Source: Amphiscolops sp. MND2022 (taxonomy: Eukaryota). From it: a DNA stretch of 64,000 nt. The DNA is taken from NCBI GenBank assembly GCA_964187785.1, contig OZ076409.1:97900001-97964000 (forward strand), given 5' to 3'. Positions 1 through 9,362 of this stretch are shown in pieces. The first letter of the stretch is position 1. The number at the start of each line of letters is the position of its first letter. The position numbers were made by a program, and so were the translations under genes. Below the pieces are notes generated by a model. The model saw only the letters and a list, made by a program, of their open reading frames with translations. It was not told where the DNA came from and did no database searches.

Positions 1-2
1 CA

Positions 3-608
3 ACAATTCATCAACCAGTTTATAGAACTATTATAAAATGTTTTAACAACTTTCTTCCTTTGAATATCATTCAAAATATTCTCAAAGAAGGTATACCCCT
101 TGATGAATTGGAAAAAACAATAGAAGAAATTATTAACGATGAAGACTTCGAATCATCACACATAGAATGTGAAAGCTATGAAAACATAGATGAATTAAAA
201 AACCCACAAGATTATGATTTAAACATACATAATGTTATCATACTCGATGATTTGAATAAGCAACAGTTAAACGATGAAAAAGTACAGATGTTATTCAAAA
301 GAGGTCGTCACAACAATCTTTCAATTTTCGTAATAACTCATGGTTTCTATGAACTTCCTAAAGATACGATACGCGAGAACTCTTCAATTATCCATCACTT
401 TATAACGAATAATTTTGCGAATGTTGAGTGTTTACATCGTCAACTAAGCTCAACTGATATGCTAATCAAAGAGTTCAAATATTTCTGTAATAAAGTCTGG
501 GAAAAAGATTTTAATTTCATCACACTAGATCTTAATAAGAAAAATGATGGAAAGTATCGTAGAAATTTAGATACTCTCTTTATTCCATCAACTGATCCAT
601 TCAATTGA
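3..608 (+). CDS. A32/FtsK-like packaging ATPase, 5'-truncated by the window
   Basis: Walker B VIILDD followed by LFKRGRHNNLSIFVITH, typical of Polinton/virophage ATPases; the frame is open from base 3. Confidence 0.88.
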   Translation, partial: TIHQPVYRTIIKCFNNFLPLNIIQNILKEGIPLDELEKTIEEIINDEDFESSHIECESYENIDELKNPQDYDLNIHNVIILDDLNKQQLNDEKVQMLFKRGRHNNLSIFVITHGFYELPKDTIRENSSIIHHFITNNFANVECLHRQLSSTDMLIKEFKYFCNKVWEKDFNFITLDLNKKNDGKYRRNLDTLFIPSTDPFN

Positions 609-629
609 AACAATCATTTCCCTTTAAAT

Positions 630-1194
630 ATGGATTTAAAAAAGTGCTCAAAATGTAAAGTTGAAAAACCATTTTGTGAGTTCAATAAACAATCAAAGAC
701 AAAAGATAAGCTATATCCATATTGCAGAATATGTGATAATATAAAATCATCCCAATGGGTTAAAAATAATTTCGAACAACATAGAAGAAGATGTAACAAT
801 TATAAAAAAAAAGAGAAGAGTTGAAGACGAATCGTTTAGATTAGCATGTAATTTGCGAAGGAGATTACGCCAAGCTCTACTTAGACAAGTTGCTCACAAG
901 TTTTCTAAAACTGAAGAGTTGTTGGGAATTTCATTCGAAGAATTCAAAAACTACATTGAATTTCTGATGACATTAGAAATGACTTGGAATAACATCGAAC
1001 TTGATCATGTACGCCCCCTATCATCATTCAATCTAACTGACCCCACTCAACTTAAAGAAGCATCTCATTACTCTAACATTCAACCTCTTCTAAAGAGTGA
1101 TAACAGGAAGAAAGGAGCAAGATATCACGAGCATGACCTGATGGTTCAAAATGAAAACCTATATGACTATGTGTATTTTAAGTACTATAAATAA
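630..1194 (+). pseudogene. Zn-finger + HNH endonuclease split by a +1 frameshift at the A9 run 804-812
   Basis: 630-824 has CSKC...CRIC; the other frame from 805 reads KKKRRVEDESFRLACNLRRRL...ELDHVRPL...HYSNIQPLLKSDNRKKG, collinear with ORF 4250-4885. Confidence 0.8.
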
Positions 1195-2036
1195 TGGCTT
1201 TTTACATGCCAAAGAATATAGAAGATCTCAACAAATTGAAAAAACTCATAAACCAAAAAAACGATATTAAAAAACAAAGACTAAACAAAAAGATTCAAAA
1301 CACAACCTTGAATTATGATCTAGCAGAACAATACGCCCCCATCTTGAATCTTCAAGAAAAACAGATAAAAGGACAAGAGGATAACACTCAAGCCATCGAA
1401 ACTCAAACAAAAATGTTAGAAGAAGGCACTACTCCATCATTAGAAGCTATAGAGGCAAGTGATGAAGAACAAAGTGCTAAAACAAAACCAATAGATGCTG
1501 ATATTTCTGATACAATCTCCGCCCTTTTAATTCAGACTAACACTCACCCACAGATGAAATTTTCAAAAAAAGATTTCAACAATTATGAAATTAACAAAAA
1601 ACCATTCAAACTTTACGATAATAAAATAAAATTTAATGAGATGGAATTTAAAATATCACCTGATTTCCTCAAACTATTCCTTAAAGCTAATAATATAGAT
1701 TATTCCGAATTTACTCGTGAAGAATCAGATGCATTAATAAACTTTATCAATTACGCAGGTGGTTTAGGGAGAGATAAAAGATCTAACCTCAATCAAGCTT
1801 TTAAATCCTTTAAACAAAATAACATCCAAGAAACTGATGGAGATGGAATCAGTTTCATTTTTCTATCTTCGGATCCAAATACTTTAGTCGAACGATTTGA
1901 AGTGCTAGTGGGTGAATCACTAGCAGGTAATACAAACGCATTTCGAGAAGCCTCAGCAATATTACACGAACTTTTAAGAATGAAAGAGATCACAGAAACT
2001 GAATATGAAAATGCAATGAAGATTTTTATTGATTAA
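1194..2036 (+). CDS. Conserved Polinton/adintovirus protein (280 aa), probable virion/core protein
   Basis: C-terminal DPNTLVERFEVLVGESLAGN...ILHEL resembles a DPNxLxxRLxxLxxxxxAGN motif I recall from Polinton proteins; lies next to the penton gene. Confidence 0.6.
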   Translation: MAFYMPKNIEDLNKLKKLINQKNDIKKQRLNKKIQNTTLNYDLAEQYAPILNLQEKQIKGQEDNTQAIETQTKMLEEGTTPSLEAIEASDEEQSAKTKPIDADISDTISALLIQTNTHPQMKFSKKDFNNYEINKKPFKLYDNKIKFNEMEFKISPDFLKLFLKANNIDYSEFTREESDALINFINYAGGLGRDKRSNLNQAFKSFKQNNIQETDGDGISFIFLSSDPNTLVERFEVLVGESLAGNTNAFREASAILHELLRMKEITETEYENAMKIFID

Positions 2037-2780
2037 ATGGAGAAGATATTGACTGATATTGAGAAAAATACTCGGCCCCTACCTCAAATACCTTTAGAAG
2101 TTAAATATAAAACAAATCACTTTAAGATGGACCTTCAAGATAGTATTGATTTAACAGATGGTAACTATGTAATTGGGGTCTCATCTTTCAACACTTATAA
2201 TTCTATCTTTAATGTAACATCTAAAAACAATAAAATCATATACTTTGATGGATTAATGTATTGGAAAGAAATCATCTTACCTCCTGGTGCTTATGAAATA
2301 GAACAAATAAATGATGAAATTGCGAGACAACTTTCTTTTGAAGAAAGTCCAATAATTCTTGAAGCTAACACAGCTACCCTACATTCGATTATACGACTTA
2401 ATAATGGTTTTAAAGTTGACTTTACACAACCTAACACTTTAGGAGACCTTTTAGGATTTGATTCAGTTATATTAACTGAACCATACAACTACTCCAAGAA
2501 TAAGGTCAACATAATCGATATCCACCGACTTCACCTTTGTTGTGACAGTATTATTGGTTCTCTGCGAAATGGCTTTCCATCAAACATTTTATTCTCCATT
2601 GTTCTGAATGAACCCCCCGGAGCTAAAATTGTTCGAGAACCCAACCTCGTTCTCTATAAACATATATATAAACAAAAACTTGATTCTCTAGAGTTCTGGT
2701 TGGAGGATGATGAAGGCAATCTCATCGATAATCATGGTGAAACAATCGCTTTCACACTTCATATGAAGAAGAATTCTTGA
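2037..2780 (+). CDS. Minor capsid protein (penton, single jelly roll)
   Basis: 247 aa, beta-rich, LPPGAYEIEQIN and LGDLLGF motifs, C-terminal FTLHMK; upstream of the MCP. Confidence 0.8.
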   Translation: MEKILTDIEKNTRPLPQIPLEVKYKTNHFKMDLQDSIDLTDGNYVIGVSSFNTYNSIFNVTSKNNKIIYFDGLMYWKEIILPPGAYEIEQINDEIARQLSFEESPIILEANTATLHSIIRLNNGFKVDFTQPNTLGDLLGFDSVILTEPYNYSKNKVNIIDIHRLHLCCDSIIGSLRNGFPSNILFSIVLNEPPGAKIVREPNLVLYKHIYKQKLDSLEFWLEDDEGNLIDNHGETIAFTLHMKKNS

Positions 2781-2786
2781 TTATAA

Positions 2787-2945
2787 ATGACACTCAATCC
2801 AACTTCCAAACCACACTCACACTTTGTGTATAAGATAAAAAATGAAAGTAAATTAACCAAAGTAAATTATGAAAAATTAAGAAGATTAACTGGCTCGGGA
2901 TTCTCAGTGATTTATAAAAATAAATCACCAATTTCTAATTCATAA
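2787..2945 (+). CDS. Unannotated 52-aa basic protein, putative core protein
   Basis: MTLNPTSKPHSHFVYKIKNESKLTKVNYEKLRRLTGSGFSVIYKNKSPISNS*; starts at TAAATG, and its TAA abuts the MCP ATG, filling the gap exactly. Confidence 0.65.
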   Translation: MTLNPTSKPHSHFVYKIKNESKLTKVNYEKLRRLTGSGFSVIYKNKSPISNS

Positions 2946-4223
2946 ATGGAGAACGGATTTGAAGAGATAACACAATCATCCAACTACCAACTTGATAGAC
3001 CTGAAGTCATTGATAGAACAAAACTTAAATCAGATTATATACCATATCGACCAACATCTCTAGTAGCAGTAAATGGAAACAGCCCCTTCAATATTCTAAT
3101 ACCACGAGAAGATGTCTTTGCTGATCTAAGGGATTCATATCTAGAAATTGAAACTCAAATAGTTAAAAGTGCAGATGATACGTTATACGCAGATAACGAT
3201 GCTATCCAACCAAACAACTTGTTTGGAATAAGTTTATTCAGAGAAATGAGTTTATCATCATTTGGCTCTAAAAAATTAGAGACCGTCGACCATGTCTATC
3301 TTGCTAGCCTAATGTACAAACTTCTATCTGACAATGAAGAAGATATGATGATAATCTATAAAAAGGAAACAACAGGTGCAATCGATAACACTAAAAGAAA
3401 CAGAATGCTTAATGATAATGACGAAAAAGGAACGATCTTCACCAGAGTCTACCTTAAAGATGTGTTTGGATTCATAAGACATCTGGATAAAATAAATTTT
3501 GGTTTAGGTTATACCCTCACGTTGAAGCGGGTTAACAGTGGAAACAGCATCTATCGAACTATTGTTGATGAAGCTAAAGTTGAAATTAAAGATATCGTCT
3601 GGTATGTGAGACATGATACACCATCGTTTGATAATATCGCTCTTGTGAACGAGCATATACTATCGAAGAAGAACACTGAATATTCATATGTTTCAAGAAT
3701 GATTAGCTACAAACCTGTGAATTCTAATAATAACTGGAGCTTTGAGATTGGAACTGAATCGGGAACAAACGTACCCATTTATGTTATAGTTGGATTTCAA
3801 ACAGCTGCGAGAGCTGGACCAGACCAGACTCAGAATAATGCTATATTTGATAGACCTGATATCATCGAAGCTTCATGTAATGTAGGAACTGTAAGATACC
3901 CCGATCATGAGTTCCAAGTGGATTTTAACAGAAACAAATATAACGAACCCTTTAATGAAATTAGCCGATTTTATAAAGATTACATCAAAGGAGAGGGTGC
4001 TCCGTATATAACTTTTAAAGATTTTAAGATGTTGTATAATCTGTGGGTTTTTGATCTCAGAGCACAGAAAGATAACCCTTCTGCTCAACCAATATGGGTC
4101 AATTTCAAATTTAGAACAGGTGTTGACGTAGTAGCTAATAATTATCAAGCAGTAGCATTGACTCTCACACAGAAGGTGATTTCAGTATCATCAGATGGTG
4201 TTAGAATGTTTGACGTCATCTAA
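2946..4223 (+). CDS. Major capsid protein (double jelly roll)
   Basis: 425 aa; DLRDSYLEIE, PIYVIVGFQ, RYP and LWVFDL motifs typical of Polinton MCPs; sits within the morphogenetic module. Confidence 0.85.
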   Translation: MENGFEEITQSSNYQLDRPEVIDRTKLKSDYIPYRPTSLVAVNGNSPFNILIPREDVFADLRDSYLEIETQIVKSADDTLYADNDAIQPNNLFGISLFREMSLSSFGSKKLETVDHVYLASLMYKLLSDNEEDMMIIYKKETTGAIDNTKRNRMLNDNDEKGTIFTRVYLKDVFGFIRHLDKINFGLGYTLTLKRVNSGNSIYRTIVDEAKVEIKDIVWYVRHDTPSFDNIALVNEHILSKKNTEYSYVSRMISYKPVNSNNNWSFEIGTESGTNVPIYVIVGFQTAARAGPDQTQNNAIFDRPDIIEASCNVGTVRYPDHEFQVDFNRNKYNEPFNEISRFYKDYIKGEGAPYITFKDFKMLYNLWVFDLRAQKDNPSAQPIWVNFKFRTGVDVVANNYQAVALTLTQKVISVSSDGVRMFDVI

Positions 4224-4249
4224 TTTGAAATAAAGAATATATAATAAAT

Positions 4250-4885
4250 ATGAATGAACAAAAGCAAATTTGTACCAAATGTAATGTTGAGAAATCAATA
4301 ACACAATTTTCTTTTAGAAAAGATACAAATAATTTTAGATGTCAGTGTAAACCTTGTGTTGTAGAACATAGAAAAAAATATTATGCTGATAACAAAGAAT
4401 CGATAGCTACTAAAAATGCAGATTACAGACAGCGCAATAAAGAAAAAATAGCTGCTAAAAATGTAGATTATTATAAAGAAAATAAAGAAAAAATAAATAC
4501 TCAAAATACAGTATATCGTCGTAACAGATATAAAAACGATGAAACTTTTAGATTGTTACAAAAGACAAGATCTCGAATTTACGAAGCTTTAAATGGACGA
4601 GGTAAATCTTTTCGAACAAGATATATTTTAGGTATTAGTCTTGATTTATATAAAAAATGGATTCGTTTCCAAATGACCCCTGAGATGGATTTCTCAAACA
4701 TTCACATTGACCACGTGAAGCCTATCTCCTCATTCGATATCTCAAATGAAGACGAATTATTGGAATGTTTTAATTGGATTAACACTCAACCACTTCTGAA
4801 AAAAGACAATCTTAAAAAAATAACAATTTTAACCCAGAAGAGTACGAAAACCAATTCAGAAAAGCTTTGGAATTCAAGATATTAA
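4250..4885 (+). CDS. Zn-finger + HNH endonuclease; C-terminus probably frameshifted at A7 (4814-4820)
   Basis: CTKC...CKPC, repeated helical segment, HIDHVKPIS...NWINTQPLLKKDNLKK. Confidence 0.8.
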   Translation: MNEQKQICTKCNVEKSITQFSFRKDTNNFRCQCKPCVVEHRKKYYADNKESIATKNADYRQRNKEKIAAKNVDYYKENKEKINTQNTVYRRNRYKNDETFRLLQKTRSRIYEALNGRGKSFRTRYILGISLDLYKKWIRFQMTPEMDFSNIHIDHVKPISSFDISNEDELLECFNWINTQPLLKKDNLKKITILTQKSTKTNSEKLWNSRY

Positions 4886-4891
4886 ATACTT

Positions 4892-5314
4892 ATGGGCTCC
4901 TTTAACAACTTTATGAGAAAACATAATCTAAAAAATGAGACGACAAGTTCAAAAAAAATATTAGAAGTCGCTAATAAAATAGGTCTAAAAGATTTTAATA
5001 TTTATATTCGCACCGATAAGATCACAACCAATCAAGGTGTAATAAATCTAACGAATGATTACTTAAAAGGTACTCATTGGGTAGCTTTCAAAGATCACTA
5101 CTACTTTGACAGCTTTTGTACAGAACCTCCAACAGAGATCTCAAACCAACTCACAGAACGTCATCCCCAAAACTTCTGCGAATGCTTTATCTCATCACAC
5201 CCCATCCAAAACATTAATGACTCTAACTGTGCCAGCTACTGCCTCTTTTTCCTCTACCTAATGCAAGACAATAGTTTTTATAGAACAATTATGAAGATAT
5301 TAAATGACAGATAA
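4892..5314 (+). CDS. Adenain-like cysteine maturation protease
   Basis: GTHWVAF (His), YFDSF (Asp), IQ...SNCASYC (Gln/Cys) in the adenain order. Confidence 0.9.
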   Translation: MGSFNNFMRKHNLKNETTSSKKILEVANKIGLKDFNIYIRTDKITTNQGVINLTNDYLKGTHWVAFKDHYYFDSFCTEPPTEISNQLTERHPQNFCECFISSHPIQNINDSNCASYCLFFLYLMQDNSFYRTIMKILNDR

Positions 5315-6674
5315 ATTCGGAAGAGCAATTTCTAACACCTCAAATGTAACCAGAGGCTACATTCGAGCAAATTACATCGAGTCAAACCTTGAGGAAGATA
5401 TTGATTTGAAAAATCAATTTAAAATATTAAATCTTCCAAATCCAACACTTCCTCAAGATCCTACTACAAAAAACTATGTAGACAATAAAACAGTTGACTT
5501 AGTTCCCAATAGTGAATTTGATAATACAACAATTGTGAGAACAAATAAAAATAATAATTTCAATGGAAACACAATTACAGGTTGCGAAAGTGTTTATGTG
5601 AATAGAGATCCACAATATGATTTAGAACTATCAACTAAACAATATACTGATACTTTAATAGATGAAAGTTCTATAGTTAGGAACAATAAAGAAAACATCT
5701 TTAGTAAATCTATTTCTTTAAACACAGATCCTACTAAACAATTTGATGACTATGAAATTAGTAACATACTACCCCAATCTGTTATTAGTGAATTTGTAAC
5801 AACTAGTATTGATGAGTTTTCTCTGTTACGATTACATCAAGATGAAAAATTAGATCATTCTGACTACATTACTATAGAAAGTAATTTGACTGTCCCTAAA
5901 ACAATTCTAAACTTCCCTCTAAATAACAATTTAGTCAGAACAGATAGAGATAATGATTTTAATAACCATATTCTTACAAATGTGGGTGACCCCATAAATG
6001 ACAGTGATGCAGTAAATAAAAGGTATGTAGATTCGAAAGTTAGTGGATTGAAACAGGGTGGTATAATATCAGACACATCTGATATTGTCCCCATAGTCAT
6101 TGGAGAATTATCTTTTCAACTTGCTACAAAACAATATGTAGATAAATTTATGTATGACGAATTTCAAACGATACTAGTATTCACAAAAAATAATGGAACG
6201 AATCTATGGTTAGATTGGGTGCTCGAAGTTGCTGCTGGAATGAGCTCTTTAGCTGGATTTTTCAAATCTTCTAATACTGGTACTAGTTCAACTGGAACTG
6301 GACCTGATCTTGATGGTCTACCTCCAATTGGTGACTACTATGCTTTTATTGAGGCATCTAACCCAAATAATGGTTACGATAAATATGCTAGTATTACTTA
6401 CACTAAACATGAGAACATTACAAAGATCAATTTTTGGTACCATAGAAGAGGTATTAATATATGTCGATTTAGAATACAATATCAAACTTTAGATGATCAA
6501 TGGGTAGATCAATTTACCTTTCCCGCTAAAGAACAAAGTGATGGGTGGGAGTTCTTAGAAGAAACGATTTTAGAAGATAATAAAGGGATAAGATTCTATT
6601 TTGATGAAATTTTAGGTTTTGAATCTGATATGGCTTTTTCTAACATTACCGTACACTATCATACTCCTAAGTAA
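5304..6674 (+). CDS. Fibre-like protein 1: repeated shaft motifs plus C-terminal MAM-like domain
   Basis: Repeats DPTTKNYVD, LSTKQYTD, DAVNKRYVD, LATKQYVD; C-terminal STGTGP...GDYYAFIEAS...INFWYH. Confidence 0.6.
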   Translation: MTDKFGRAISNTSNVTRGYIRANYIESNLEEDIDLKNQFKILNLPNPTLPQDPTTKNYVDNKTVDLVPNSEFDNTTIVRTNKNNNFNGNTITGCESVYVNRDPQYDLELSTKQYTDTLIDESSIVRNNKENIFSKSISLNTDPTKQFDDYEISNILPQSVISEFVTTSIDEFSLLRLHQDEKLDHSDYITIESNLTVPKTILNFPLNNNLVRTDRDNDFNNHILTNVGDPINDSDAVNKRYVDSKVSGLKQGGIISDTSDIVPIVIGELSFQLATKQYVDKFMYDEFQTILVFTKNNGTNLWLDWVLEVAAGMSSLAGFFKSSNTGTSSTGTGPDLDGLPPIGDYYAFIEASNPNNGYDKYASITYTKHENITKINFWYHRRGINICRFRIQYQTLDDQWVDQFTFPAKEQSDGWEFLEETILEDNKGIRFYFDEILGFESDMAFSNITVHYHTPK

Positions 6675-6702
6675 ACATGTAAGACAATTATAAAGATATT
6701 AA

Positions 6703-8082
6703 ATGACAGATAAATTCGGAAGAGCAATTTCTAACACCTCAACAAGTGCTTCAGATGTAACCAAGACTTACATCCGAGCAAACTACATTGAGTCAAACCT
6801 TGAGGAAGATATTGACATGAAAAATCAATTTAAAATATTAAACCTTCCAAATCCAACACTTCTTCAAGATCCTGCTACAAAATACTATGTAGACAATAAA
6901 ACAGTTGACTTAGTTCCCAATAGTGAATTTGATAATACAACAATTGTGAGAACAAATAAAAATAATAATTTCAATGGAAACACAATTACAGGTTGTGAAA
7001 GCGTCTATGTGAATAGAGATCCACAATATGATTTAGAACTAACAACTAAACGATATACTGATACTTTGATAGATGAAAGTTCTATAGTTAGGAACAATAA
7101 AGAAAACATCTTTAATAAACCAATTTCTCTAAACACAGATCCTACTAAACAATTTGATGACTATGAAATTGATAACATAGTGCCCAAATCTGTTATTACT
7201 GAGTTTATAACAACAAGTATTGATGAGTTTTCTCTGTTACGATTACCCCAAGATGAAAAATTAGATCATGTTGACTATATTACATTAGAAAGTAATTTGA
7301 CTGTCCCCAAAACAATTCTAAACATCCCTTTAAATAACAATCTAGCTAGAACAGATAGAGATAATGATTTTAATAACCATATTATTACAAATGTGGGTGA
7401 CCCCATAAATGATAGTGATGTAGTAAATAAAAGGTATGTTGATAGTGGATTAAAACAGGATGGTATAGTATCAGAGACATCTAATATCGTTTCGTTAATC
7501 GTTAATACAACAATTGGAGAATTGTCTTTTCCACTTGCTACAAAACAATATGTTGATAAATTTGTATATGATGTACTCCAGACGATAATTGAGTTCACTA
7601 ATAATACTGGAACTGATCTCTGGGTAGACTGTAATCTAGAAGTTGCTGCTGGAATGAGCTCTTTAGCTGGATTTTTCAAATCTTCTGATTCTATTACTGG
7701 TTCAACTGGAACTGGGCCTGAAACTCTGCCCCCAATTGGAGACTACTATGCTTATATTGAGGCATCTACTCCAAATAATGGTGTTGATAAATATGCTCAT
7801 ATTACTTATACTAAACATCTAAACATTACAAAGGTTAAATTTTGGTATCACAGAAATGGTATTAATATGTGTCGATTTAGAATACAGTATCTAACTTTAG
7901 ATGATCAATGGAAAGATCAATTTACCTTTCCTGCTAAACAACAAAGTAATGGTTGGGAATTATTGGAAGAAACGATTCCAACAGATAATAAAGGGATAAG
8001 ATTCTATTTTGATGAAATTGTAGGTTTTGAATCTGATATGGCTTTCTCTAACATCACCATATACTACTATTCACCTAAGTAA
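6703..8082 (+). CDS. Fibre-like protein 2, tandem paralogue of 5304-6674
   Basis: Near-identical N-terminal half and the same MAM-like head (STGTGP...GDYYAYIEAS...VKFWYH). Confidence 0.6.
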   Translation: MTDKFGRAISNTSTSASDVTKTYIRANYIESNLEEDIDMKNQFKILNLPNPTLLQDPATKYYVDNKTVDLVPNSEFDNTTIVRTNKNNNFNGNTITGCESVYVNRDPQYDLELTTKRYTDTLIDESSIVRNNKENIFNKPISLNTDPTKQFDDYEIDNIVPKSVITEFITTSIDEFSLLRLPQDEKLDHVDYITLESNLTVPKTILNIPLNNNLARTDRDNDFNNHIITNVGDPINDSDVVNKRYVDSGLKQDGIVSETSNIVSLIVNTTIGELSFPLATKQYVDKFVYDVLQTIIEFTNNTGTDLWVDCNLEVAAGMSSLAGFFKSSDSITGSTGTGPETLPPIGDYYAYIEASTPNNGVDKYAHITYTKHLNITKVKFWYHRNGINMCRFRIQYLTLDDQWKDQFTFPAKQQSNGWELLEETIPTDNKGIRFYFDEIVGFESDMAFSNITIYYYSPK

Positions 8083-8313
8083 ATGAATTGGTTGGAGAAA
8101 CAGATATTTTCAATTAAAGATGTTAAAAAAATTATTTTACTCACTAGTCTTTTATCAAATCCCAATATAGTTGAAGAATGTGGGTTAGGAAGAAGTCAAA
8201 TAAAATCATTACAAGATAGAATATTGGAGTCATTAACCAAAACAATTGATGAACTTTATGAAGAACAGAAAAATCAGGAAGAATCAATCCTTGAAGTATT
8301 CTATAATAAATAA
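8083..8313 (+). CDS. Hypothetical protein (76 aa)
   Basis: TAAATG start directly after the fibre-2 stop; its TAA overlaps the next ATG. Confidence 0.6.
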   Translation: MNWLEKQIFSIKDVKKIILLTSLLSNPNIVEECGLGRSQIKSLQDRILESLTKTIDELYEEQKNQEESILEVFYNK

Positions 8314-8522
8314 TGGAAAAATATTTTTTAACATTATTTGAAGACGTTCGATATGAGAGAACATTAATTTTGACCCTGAGTTTAACAGATGAAGGTATAT
8401 TGAACCAGGTTGGATTTACAGAAAATGAAATAAAAATAATCAAAGATATCGCTCTACAGAAAGTTCACAGGCAGAGGTCATTAAAAGAATATAAGGCTAT
8501 AGAATTTTTAGATAATAAATGA
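8313..8522 (+). CDS. Hypothetical protein (69 aa)
   Basis: Overlaps neighbours at both ends (TAATG and ATGA). Confidence 0.6.
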   Translation: MEKYFLTLFEDVRYERTLILTLSLTDEGILNQVGFTENEIKIIKDIALQKVHRQRSLKEYKAIEFLDNK

Positions 8523-9127
8523 CAGAACCTGCATACCCCTCTCTATTGAAAGTAAAACCTAAAGGTGATGAAATTGAAGACTTGAAATACAGAACTGAAA
8601 AACATGATTATGAAAATATTCTCAAAAGTCTTGAAATTGATAACGACTACTATAAAAAGAAATATAAATCTGTAAATAAAAAGAAGATCTACATTTCCAT
8701 ACTAGAGATTCTAGCGGGAGCGAGTGGTGTAGTTGTTGGGAGTACCTTAACGGCAACTGGTGTTGGAACTCAGATTGGAGTTCCAGTTGCGGGGGTATCT
8801 AGTTTTGCGATATCGGTGGCTGTTCTCTTTACGAATGAATATTTCTCGAGATTAAAATTACGTTATCAGAAATTAAGAGATCATATTAATATGATTAAAC
8901 TTTTATATGAAAAAACTCTCAAGAAGTCTCTGGTAGATAAAAAGATTGATGAAAAGGAAAGTGAAGAACTGAAAAGTATCTATAACCATTATATAACTAA
9001 GAGAAAGGAAATTATGGAAAATACTAAATTTACAGTCGAGGATATTTTTGGTAGGTTAGATCTGTCAGAGAATATATCTGCAGAACAGATACGAACGTTG
9101 AATGCTTTTTTAGCAAAAATGATGTGA
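8519..9127 (+). CDS. Membrane protein with Gly/Ala-rich hydrophobic hairpin; possible -1 frameshift extension to 9207
   Basis: ISILEILAGASGVVVGSTLTATGVGTQIGVPVAGVSSFAISVAVLF flanked by Lys-rich helices; N-terminal YPSL. Confidence 0.75.
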   Translation: MTEPAYPSLLKVKPKGDEIEDLKYRTEKHDYENILKSLEIDNDYYKKKYKSVNKKKIYISILEILAGASGVVVGSTLTATGVGTQIGVPVAGVSSFAISVAVLFTNEYFSRLKLRYQKLRDHINMIKLLYEKTLKKSLVDKKIDEKESEELKSIYNHYITKRKEIMENTKFTVEDIFGRLDLSENISAEQIRTLNAFLAKMM

Positions 9128-9203
9128 AGATAAAGATTATCTTCAAACATTTCGAACCTTCAGCCCCTCCTCCTACCTATGAAGAAAGTTTTGTTAGTAA
9201 TAA

Positions 9204-9362
9204 ATGAAAAGTTTCTGTGTTGGTGGGAGACATTATAGTGAAACAAAAAATTTAACGAGATCTTTGAAAATCAATCCCAAAACTGGAAAAATCGTCATAA
9301 TCGTTAAAGGTAACTGTGAAATCTGTGGGAGAAATAAAAGTCAATTTCTCTCATTTAAATGA
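9204..9362 (+). CDS. Unannotated 52-aa zinc-ribbon protein
   Basis: MKSFCVGGRHYSETKNLTRSLKINPKTGKIVIIVKGNCEICGRNKSQFLSFK*; TAAATG start; ATGA overlap with 9359. Confidence 0.7.
   Translation: MKSFCVGGRHYSETKNLTRSLKINPKTGKIVIIVKGNCEICGRNKSQFLSFK

Noticed and set aside
4811..4822. Programmed -1 frameshift at the HNH-2 A run
   Set aside because: In-frame codons CTT AAA AAA ATA do not form an X XXY YYZ heptamer; an indel is more likely.
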